Under the pieces are notes generated by a model. That model made no database searches. It was given only the letters and a program-made list of their open reading frames with translations, and had not been told where the DNA came from. DNA of 64,000 nucleotides from an uncultured Actinomycetota bacterium (GTDB lineage: Bacteria > Actinomycetota > Acidimicrobiia > Spongiisociales > UBA5794). This document shows, piece by piece, positions 49,376 to 56,982 of the stretch (positions are counted from its first letter, which is position 1; every line of letters starts with the position of its first letter). The stretch is from positions 78,564 to 142,563 of the forward strand of contig CAVQRN010000005.1 in the NCBI GenBank assembly GCA_963715255.1, given 5' to 3'. The position numbers and the translations under genes are program-made.

Positions 49376-50533
49376 ATGGGCACCGCCGTAATGCTGATCG
49401 GCATCGTGCTGATGATCGTCATCCACGAGGGTTCCCACTTCGTCGCGGCGAAGGCATTCGGCATGAAGGCAACCGAGGCGTTCTTCGGCTTCGGCCCCCG
49501 CATCTGGTCGACCACTCGAGGCGAGACCGAGTACGGCATCAAGGCCATCCCGCTCGGTGGATACGTGCGAATCATCGGGATGAATCCACTCGAGGAGATC
49601 GATCCCGACGACGAGAGCCGGACCTACCGGACCGCGGTCTTCTGGAAGAAGTCCATCGTCGTGCTCGCCGGGATCTTCAGCCACTTCGTCATGGCGACGC
49701 TTCTCTTGATCACGGTCTTCTCGATCTGGGGTGCCGTGGCGACGGATGACGCCGGTGATCCGATCCCAACCTTGTCGCTTTCGGTGGTCGCGCCGACCAC
49801 CCCAACCGGCGACGTTTCGCCGGCGACGATGGCCGGATTCGCAGCCGATGACGTCCTTCGCACCTACGAGGGAACCGCGATCGTGTCGTGGGACGACTTC
49901 GTCGAACGGGTGCGGGCCGATGGCGGGGAGACGGTTCGTATCGGGTTCGACCGAAGAGGTGTTCCCGCCGAAGCTGCAACGACCCTTGCGTTCGCCGAGG
50001 TGCCCGTCATCGTCGATGATGCGGTCGTCAAGGATGAGAACGGCGACGTCGTGTACGAAGAGGTCGGCTATTTCGGAGCCGCACCCGAGATCGCACGAGA
50101 CCAAGTGGGAGTGTTCGGTGTCGTGGGTGCCGCATTTCGCGGCGTCGGTGAAGCTATCACCCAGAGCATCAAGGGACTCGGACAGTTGATCGTCGGGTTC
50201 CCGAAGCTCGTCATGTCGATCTTCGGAGGAAACGAAGAAGTCCTCGATGAGGTTCGCCCGATCAGTCCGATCGGACTCGCCCGATTGGCCGGACCGATGG
50301 AGAGCACGTTGATGATGCTGGCTCTCGTCAACGTCTTCGTCGGGGTCTTGAACTTCATTCCCCTCTATCCCCTCGACGGTGGACACTTCGCCGTCGCCTT
50401 GTACGAGAAGATTCGCGGACGCGCCCCCGATATCAACAAGCTGATGCCGGTCGCCGCCGTCGTGATCGTCTTCCTGATCACGATCGGCCTCATGGGCGTC
50501 TACCTGGACATCTTCAAACCCCTGGAGCTCTAA
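49376..50533 (+). CDS. M50 family site-2 metalloprotease (RseP/Rip1-like)
   Basis: HEGSHF zinc motif at the N-terminal TM helix and NFIPLYPLDGGH near the C-terminus. ATG 49376 is one codon inside track ORF 49373..50533. Confidence 0.88.
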   Translation: MGTAVMLIGIVLMIVIHEGSHFVAAKAFGMKATEAFFGFGPRIWSTTRGETEYGIKAIPLGGYVRIIGMNPLEEIDPDDESRTYRTAVFWKKSIVVLAGIFSHFVMATLLLITVFSIWGAVATDDAGDPIPTLSLSVVAPTTPTGDVSPATMAGFAADDVLRTYEGTAIVSWDDFVERVRADGGETVRIGFDRRGVPAEAATTLAFAEVPVIVDDAVVKDENGDVVYEEVGYFGAAPEIARDQVGVFGVVGAAFRGVGEAITQSIKGLGQLIVGFPKLVMSIFGGNEEVLDEVRPISPIGLARLAGPMESTLMMLALVNVFVGVLNFIPLYPLDGGHFAVALYEKIRGRAPDINKLMPVAAVVIVFLITIGLMGVYLDIFKPLEL

Positions 50534-50573
50534 CCGGCTTCGCCGGTGTTCTCCGAATTCGGGACAAGGCCTT

Positions 50574-50626
50574 GCTGGCAGCTGGCAGCTCTCCGCTACT
50601 CGGCTACTCCGCTACTCGGCTACTTC
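50574..50626. repeat. composite array: GCTGGCA x2, GCTCTCC, then GCTACTCN x4
   Basis: gctggca gctggca gctctcc gctactcg gctactcc gctactcg gctacttc, 8 nt upstream of the ispG ATG. A small ccggc/gccgg hairpin (50534-50546) follows the M50 protease stop. Confidence 0.75.
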
Positions 50627-50634
50627 TTCCTACC

Positions 50635-51863
50635 ATGCCCGCCGTGACCATTCCGCGCCGTGACTCTCGACAGTTGATGGTCGGTGCCGTCCCTGTGGGC
50701 GGTGGCGCTCCCGTCAGTGTCCAATCGATGACCACGACCAAGACTGCCGACGTCGACGGCACCCTGGCCCAGGTGTATGCCCTGAGCGGTGCCGGAGCGG
50801 ACATCGTTCGGATCACGTGCAATGACGTCGAAGCCGCACAGGGGCTGGCAGAGATTGTCCCGCGGTCGCCGGTTCCGATCATCGCAGACATCCACTATCA
50901 GTACCGGCTGGCGTTGGCGGCTCTCGAAGCGGGCGTGGCAGGGCTGAGACTCAACCCTGGGAACATCCGAAAAGAAGAGCACATCAAGACCGTCGCTCGA
51001 GCCGCAGCAGACGCGGGAGTGTCGATCCGGGTCGGGGTCAACGCCGGCTCGCTCGACAAGGATCTTCTCGAGGAGTTCGGCGCACCGGTCCCGGAGGCGC
51101 TTGTCCGGTCGGCCCTGGCTGAGATCCGATACCTCGAGGACGTTGGATTCCACGACATCAAGATCTCCGTCAAACACTCGAACGTTCCGCGGATGGTCGA
51201 GTCGTATCGTCTGCTCGCAGAGCGGGTCGAGTATCCCCTCCATCTCGGCGTCACCGAGGCCGGACCGCCACCCGGTGGCTTGATCAAGTCGGTCGCCGGG
51301 ATCGCCACACTGCTCCTCGAAGGGATCGGCGACACGATTCGGTTCTCGCTCACCGCAGACCCGGTCGAAGAGGCGAAGGCCGGTCGACAACTCCTCGAGT
51401 ACCTCGGCCTCCGGGAACGCACCGGACTCGATCTGATCGCATGTCCATCGTGCGGACGCCTGCCGAGGTCGACGTCATCAAGGTCGCCGCGGAGGCGACC
51501 GCGGCGCTTGAGGCTGCGAATCTGCCGATTCAGGTCGCGATCATGGGATGCATCGTGAACGGGCCGGGTGAAGCCCGGGAGGCGGACATCGGGATCGCCG
51601 CCGGTCGCGGCAAAGGGCACCTGTTCATCAAGGGCCAGGTCGTGCGTGTCGTGCCCGAGGAGGAGATGGTCGATGCCTTGCTCGACGAGGCGCGCCGGCT
51701 CCTTGAAGAGGGGGTTGAGGCGAGGCTCGCCGCTGCGGATGTCTCAGCAGCGGATCTGGCGAGCGAGGAGCGGATCGAACTCATCGGACTCCAGGGCGAT
51801 GCGAACCGTGCGGCAGAGCGCCGTGCCGCCGTGGCGGACATTGTCTCCGGGAACGACGGATGA
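50635..51863 (+). CDS. ispG: 4-hydroxy-3-methylbut-2-enyl diphosphate synthase, frame switch near 51450
   Basis: ATG 50635 (MPAVTIPRRDSRQLMVGAVPVGGGAPVSVQSMTTT) in frame with ORF 50572..51558. ACPSCGR, then EVDVIKVAAE...IMGCIVNGPGEAREADIG in ORF 51441..51863. Confidence 0.88.
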
Positions 51864-53236
51864 TCTCGACCCGGGTCGGAACTGCACTGGTGGGACTCAC
51901 TGTGGTCGCGGCCGCATGCACGTCATCCGCCTCACCGCCACCCGAAACGACGGTTGCCGCAGTATCCGGTGACACGACGACGTTGAGTCAGCCTCAGCTC
52001 ACTACGGCCGAACAAGTCTATGAGTTGGTTGCTCCGTCGATCGCCTCGATCAGCACGGACATCGCCGGCGGCAGCGGCGTCCTCATCGACAGCGGAACCG
52101 TTCTCACGGCAGCCCATGTGGTCTGGCCGTACCGGTCTGTTCGCGTCGTGTTTCCGAACGGCGGGGAGGTCCAGGATGCTCCGGTCATCGGCTGGGACCC
52201 GTTCGGAGACTTGGCGATCATCGACGTATCGGGAGCCGCGAACCTTCCTTCACCGGCGGAGATCGGCGACGGGGAGGACATTCCTCTCGGTCGACCCGTC
52301 TTCCTCGTCGGGTACCCGGGCGAGTCGGAGGAGTACCCGCAGCCGACGATCACCGAGGGAATCCTCTCTCGCACTCGCGAGTGGGAGAGCGAGGAGTGGA
52401 CATTCCTGCAGTCCGACACAACCGTCGTCGGTGGCCAGAGTGGCGGGGCGCTCGTCGACGAACACGGAACGGTCATCGGCATTACGAACTTCAGTTTCCT
52501 CGAGGAATTCGGGCTCTCCGGCTCCCTCGCAGACGCTGCGGGCAAAGTCGAACGGATGCGGTCCGGGGAAGACCTCGGTGGTCTCGGTGACCGACTGCCG
52601 TCGTGGGGCAGCGGCACGGACGTGTTGAGCGTCTCTTTCGAGAACGCCTGGCAGGACCACGTTTTCGTCTTCGAAACTCCCCTGTACTCGGAGGTCCGGT
52701 TCGAAGCATCGAGTGACGCCGACGTGTCCCTCACGTTCTCCACGATCGACGGGCTCGAAATCGCCTCTGCCGACGAAACGGTCGACGGCGAGGAAACGAT
52801 TGAAGAGCTGATCACCTACCGGGGACCCCACCTGCTTCGGATCGAGAGCTTCTCTGGAGTCGGAGATGCGCAGCTCCGATCGAGTGTCGACCTGGCGGAG
52901 TGGTCCGATCCCGACGATGGGCGGCTACTGACGCGGGAAACGACGATCATGGGCAACGCCGACTACCCGGGCGATTTCGACTGGTACGTGGTCGAACTCG
53001 GCAAGGGCCAGGCCATCACGATCGATGTGGACTCGATCGCCTTCGACCCTGTACTCATGGTGGACGGGCCCGAGGCACTCGGCTACGTACTCGCGGTCGA
53101 CGACGACGCGGGAGGGGGATTGTTCGGCACCAATCCCAGAATCGTCTTCACGGCCCGCGAGACCGGCGCGTTCATCATCGTCGTTGCAGACAGCGGTTCA
53201 ACCGGACCGGGCGCCTACCGGCTCACGGTTGACTAG
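51860..53236 (+). CDS. secreted trypsin-like serine protease lipoprotein with C-terminal PPC-like domain
   Basis: 458 aa. Lipobox LTVVAAAC; catalytic His TAAHVV and Ser GGQSGGALVD. The C-terminal text GNADYPGDFDWYVVELGKGQAITIDV resembles a pre-peptidase C-terminal domain. Confidence 0.8.
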   Translation: MISTRVGTALVGLTVVAAACTSSASPPPETTVAAVSGDTTTLSQPQLTTAEQVYELVAPSIASISTDIAGGSGVLIDSGTVLTAAHVVWPYRSVRVVFPNGGEVQDAPVIGWDPFGDLAIIDVSGAANLPSPAEIGDGEDIPLGRPVFLVGYPGESEEYPQPTITEGILSRTREWESEEWTFLQSDTTVVGGQSGGALVDEHGTVIGITNFSFLEEFGLSGSLADAAGKVERMRSGEDLGGLGDRLPSWGSGTDVLSVSFENAWQDHVFVFETPLYSEVRFEASSDADVSLTFSTIDGLEIASADETVDGEETIEELITYRGPHLLRIESFSGVGDAQLRSSVDLAEWSDPDDGRLLTRETTIMGNADYPGDFDWYVVELGKGQAITIDVDSIAFDPVLMVDGPEALGYVLAVDDDAGGGLFGTNPRIVFTARETGAFIIVVADSGSTGPGAYRLTVD

Positions 53237-53240
53237 TCGT

Positions 53241-53280
53241 TAGAGCAGTAGAGCAGTAGAGCAGTAGAGCAGTAGAGCAG
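53241..53280. repeat. TAGAGCAG octamer x5
   Basis: Five perfect tandem 8-mers starting 5 nt after the protease TAG stop. TAG occurs in all three + frames. Confidence 0.9.
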
Positions 53281-53289
53281 CTCTGCTAC

Positions 53290-53366
53290 TTGTGGCTTGC
53301 AGCTTGTGGCTTGCAGCTTGTGGCTTGCAGCTTGTGGCTTGCAGCTTGAAGCTTGCAGCTTGCAGC
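53290..53366. repeat. TTGTGGCTTGCAGC 14-mer x5.5 (two TTGNNGC heptamers per unit)
   Basis: Four perfect copies (53290-53345), then ttgaagcttgcagc, then ttgcagc. About 57 nt upstream of the proS GTG. Confidence 0.9.
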
Positions 53367-53422
53367 TCATGCTCCGCCGCTCGCGGTATCCTCGCCGTTC
53401 CCAATACCACTGGAGTCAGACT

Positions 53423-55132
53423 GTGCGTTGGTCACAGGCGTTCATCCCCACTCTTCGAGACGACCCGACCGATGCCGAGGCGGCAAGCCATCGTTTGCTC
53501 ATCAGGGGCGGCTACATACGGCAGCTGATGTCCGGCGTGTACTCGTTGTTGCCGCTCGGCTATCGGGTCAGGAGCAAGATCATCGCGATCATCCGCGAAG
53601 AACTGAACGCCATCGGGGGGCAGGAACTTCTTCTTCCCGCCCTGCACCCTCGCGAGATCTGGGAGAAGACCGGCCGGACCGAAGCGATGGCCGACATCCT
53701 GTTCACGCTGAGCGATCTCAGGGGCGGTGACGCGATCCTCGGACCGACGCACGAAGAGATCTTCGCCACTGTGGCCGCAGAGCTCACCTCCTACAAGCAG
53801 CTTCCCCAGCTGTGGTATCAGATCCAGACGAAATTCCGCGACGAGGCGCGACCCAAATCGGGCCTGCTTCGTGTGCGTGAGTTCACCATGAAAGACTCCT
53901 ACAGCTTCGACACCGACACCGTCGGTCTCGATCAGCAGTTCGACCGACACTTTGCGGCCTACACGCGCATCTTCGAGAGGCTTGGGGTCACCGCCATCGC
54001 AGTTGAAGCGTCGTCGGGAGCCATGGGAGGCTCCGATTCGATCGAGTTCATCGTCCCGTCTCCGGCCGGCGAGGACGACATCGCCCATTGCCCCGCGTGT
54101 GGCTACGCCGCCAACGTCGAGCGAGCCTCCTCCACGATCCCGCCGGTTCACGACGAGCCGGGCCCCGACCGGCCCGTACGGTTCCCGACCCCGGGTGTGC
54201 GGACCATCGTCGATCTCGTTGAGTTCGAAGGTGGCGCGTCTGCTGAGCGTCAGATCAAGACGCTGGTCTACGTACTCGACGGCGAGCCGGCGCTTGTGCT
54301 GCTTCGTGGCGACCACGAACTTCACGAACAGAAACTCCAGGATGGGACCGGAGCGATCGACATCCGGCCCGGTCAACCCGACGAGATTCGGGCGTTGCTC
54401 GGGGCCGACGCGGGAAGCCTCGGGGCCGTTGGGGTGACGGGTTCTCGGATTCTCGCCGATCTACAGCTGGCCGATCGATCGAACATGGTCACAGGAGCCA
54501 ACCTCAACGATCATCACCTTCGCGGTGTCGACGCGCGTCGGGACATCGCCGTTGCCGACTGGCTGGACCTACGAACCGTGGTCGCGGGTGAGGGCTGTCC
54601 CGAGTGTGGCGAGCCCCTCGAGGTGTTCCGCGGCATCGAAGCCGGACACATCTTCAAACTCGGAACGAAGTTCTCCGAGGCCCTCGGTGCAACTGTTCTG
54701 AATGCCGAAGGAGTGCCGGTTCCGCTGGTGATGGGATCGTACGGTATCGGGGTCGAGCGGAACATGGCTGCGGTCGTCGAGATGAACCACGACGACGCCG
54801 GGATCATCTGGCCCGTCTCGATCGCCCCCTACGAAGTGGTTATCACTGCCGTGAAGATCGACGATGAGGCCTCGATGGTCGTCGCCAATCAGCTCTACGA
54901 CGATCTGAGCGACGCCGGTATTGACGTCCTCATCGATGACCGGGCGGAGCGGCCCGGTGTCAAGTTCAACGACGCCGAGCTGATTGGCGTCCCGTATCGC
55001 ATCACCGTCGGTCCACGAGGCCTGGCGAACGGCGTGGTGGAGTTGTCGGAGCGTCGTTCGGGTGAGCGATCGGAGCTGCCGGTGGAAGAAGCCGTCGAGT
55101 TGATGGTGAAGCGAGTAGCAGGTAGAAAGTAG
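53423..55132 (+). CDS. proS: proline--tRNA ligase
   Basis: GTG 53423 preceded by ggag (VRWSQAFIPTLRDDPTDAEAASHRLLIRGGYIRQL...), in frame with ORF 53297..55132. Class II motifs FRDEARPKSGLLRVREFTMKD and GSYGIGVER. Confidence 0.92.
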   Translation: MRWSQAFIPTLRDDPTDAEAASHRLLIRGGYIRQLMSGVYSLLPLGYRVRSKIIAIIREELNAIGGQELLLPALHPREIWEKTGRTEAMADILFTLSDLRGGDAILGPTHEEIFATVAAELTSYKQLPQLWYQIQTKFRDEARPKSGLLRVREFTMKDSYSFDTDTVGLDQQFDRHFAAYTRIFERLGVTAIAVEASSGAMGGSDSIEFIVPSPAGEDDIAHCPACGYAANVERASSTIPPVHDEPGPDRPVRFPTPGVRTIVDLVEFEGGASAERQIKTLVYVLDGEPALVLLRGDHELHEQKLQDGTGAIDIRPGQPDEIRALLGADAGSLGAVGVTGSRILADLQLADRSNMVTGANLNDHHLRGVDARRDIAVADWLDLRTVVAGEGCPECGEPLEVFRGIEAGHIFKLGTKFSEALGATVLNAEGVPVPLVMGSYGIGVERNMAAVVEMNHDDAGIIWPVSIAPYEVVITAVKIDDEASMVVANQLYDDLSDAGIDVLIDDRAERPGVKFNDAELIGVPYRITVGPRGLANGVVELSERRSGERSELPVEEAVELMVKRVAGRK

Positions 55133-55178
55133 AGAGTAGAGAGTAGAGAGACAGCGTTTGGTCTCTCTACTCTCTACT
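55115..55178. repeat. GTAGAGA-type heptamer array plus perfect 18-bp hairpin at the proS 3' end (terminator candidate)
   Basis: gtagcag gtagaaa gtagaga gtagaga gtagaga. The first units encode the last proS codons and the TAG (55130-55132). 55135-55152 agtagagagtagagagac is the exact reverse complement of 55161-55178, with an 8-nt loop. Confidence 0.85.
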
Positions 55179-55301
55179 TCTTCGCTGTCCCTTCGCGTCA
55201 TGGTCGGCCCTTGCCTATACTCGGTCCTGCAACCGGATTTACGCGTCGAGGTGGGCCTGGCCCGCCTCGTTGTGTGATGTGCGTATTGAGGAGCACCGAG
55301 C

Positions 55302-55781
55302 GTGGTCGATGTCGCCGAACAGATCTGGGGTCTTGTGGGCCCGTACGTTGCCGCAGAGGGTATTGAACTCGACGACGTCGAGATCCTCGGTGGCGGCAGA
55401 CTTCTGCGCGTCGTCGTGGAGGGCGACGGGCCGCTCGAGGTCGACCGAATCGCCGATCTGTCACGCGGTATCGCCCGGCTGATCGAGAGTGATGATCCGT
55501 TCCCTGGTGCCTACACGCTCGAGGTGACATCGCCCGGACTCGAGCGGAAGCTCCGGAGACCTGCGCAGTTCCGCAAAGCTGTTGGCAGCGACGTTCACAT
55601 CAAGACATTCACAAAGGTCGCGGACGAGAAGCATCACCGGGGTCTGCTCGCGGCGGTAGAAGATGATGCGATCGTGGTGTCTGTCGATGGCGACGATCGT
55701 CGCATCGAAACGGCGGAGATCGCATCGGCGCGCACCGTGTTCATTTGGGAAAAGGGTGCGAAGCCCGGCAAGAAGTCGTAG
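55302..55781 (+). CDS. rimP: ribosome maturation factor RimP
   Basis: 159 aa, GTG start. Text LEVTSPGLERKLRRPAQFRKAVG. Position upstream of nusA. Confidence 0.88.
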   Translation: MVDVAEQIWGLVGPYVAAEGIELDDVEILGGGRLLRVVVEGDGPLEVDRIADLSRGIARLIESDDPFPGAYTLEVTSPGLERKLRRPAQFRKAVGSDVHIKTFTKVADEKHHRGLLAAVEDDAIVVSVDGDDRRIETAEIASARTVFIWEKGAKPGKKS

Positions 55782-55793
55782 GAAGAGGCAGCG

Positions 55794-56982
55794 ATGGACT
55801 ACAACCTGTTAGACGCGTTGGAACTCTTGGAGCGGGAAAAGAGGTGTCCCTGCGGAAACGATCCTCGACGCGCTCGCGAATGCACTCGTCTCGGCCTACA
55901 AGCGCACTCCAGGTGCGGCGGAGGAAGCACGCGTTACGATCGACCCGGATACCGGAGAGATCCTCGTGTACGGCCAGGAACTCGACGAGGACGGAAACGT
56001 CGTCGAGGAATGGGCTGATACGCCTGACGACTTTGGCCGAATCGCTGCCCAAACGGCCAAACAAGTCATCATGCAGCGCCTTCGCGACGCGAAGCGCGAG
56101 CAAGTTTTCGACATCTACGAAGGCCGTGAAGGCGATCTCATCACCGGAATTGTTCAGCAGTCCGATCATCGATACGCCATCCTCGATCTTGGCGACGCAG
56201 AGGCGATCATGCCGTCGTCTGAGAGGATTCCGTACGAGCGGCTCGAGCGAGGGAATCGTGTCAAGGCATACATTCTCGAGGTGCGAGGCGAGGGCAAGGG
56301 CCCGCAAATCGTCGTGTCACGGAGCCATCCGGAGTTCATCAGATCTCTGTTCGAACTCGAGGTGCCGGAACTGGTCGACGGCGACGTGGAGATTCGCGTC
56401 ATCGCCCGGGAGCCGGGCCACCGCACGAAGATCGCGGTCACGTCGAACGACCCGAACGTGGATCCCGTCGGGGCATGCGTTGGAGCAAGGGGTTCTCGCG
56501 TTCGGCAGGTCGTGAATGAACTCCGCGGCGAGAAGGTCGACATCGTTGAGTGGCGCGACGACACGGCGAGTTTCATCGCTGAAGCCTTGAGCCCCGCACG
56601 CGTCAAGGAAGTGCGTCTCGACGAGGACGAGAGGACCGCGGAGGTCGTGGTACCCGATCATCAGTTGTCGCTGGCCATTGGCAAAGAGGGGCAGAACGCC
56701 CGCCTCGCTGCACGGCTCTCCGGCTACCGAATCGACATCCGATCCGAGAGTCAGGATCTCGGCCTCGACCTCGACGAGGACGAAGAGTTAGGCGCTGTTG
56801 CGGCTGACACCCCCGCTGAAGAGACCGTCGTGGATGCGAGCGGTGCGGAGGATGTAGAGCCAACAAGCGAAGCTCCGGACGACGTCGACCCCGACGCCGA
56901 TACCGACGAAGTACCCGCGCCGGCCGAGACGGACGAGACCGTGCCCGATGCCGCCGACGAGGACGAAAACGAGGAGAACTGA
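55794..56982 (+). CDS. nusA: transcription termination/antitermination factor NusA, two single-base deletions near 55843 and 55857
   Basis: MDYNLLDALELLEREK (frame of ORF 55794..56018), EVSL (a second frame), then ETILDALANALVSAYKRTPGAAEEARVTIDPDTGEILVYGQEL... continuing in ORF 55966..56982. S1 and KH domains; acidic C-terminal tail. Confidence 0.88.

Noticed and set aside
53241-53366. Possible CRISPR array
   Set aside because: The units are 8 and 14 nt and directly abutting, with no spacers. No cas genes are in the window.
53292-53528. ORFs translating the tandem arrays (LAACSLWLAACGLQ...), including an N-terminal extension of ProS from 53297
   Set aside because: The peptide is just the periodic translation of the 14-mer repeat. 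ProS homology begins at VRWSQAFIPTLRD, with a GTG and ggag SD at 53423.
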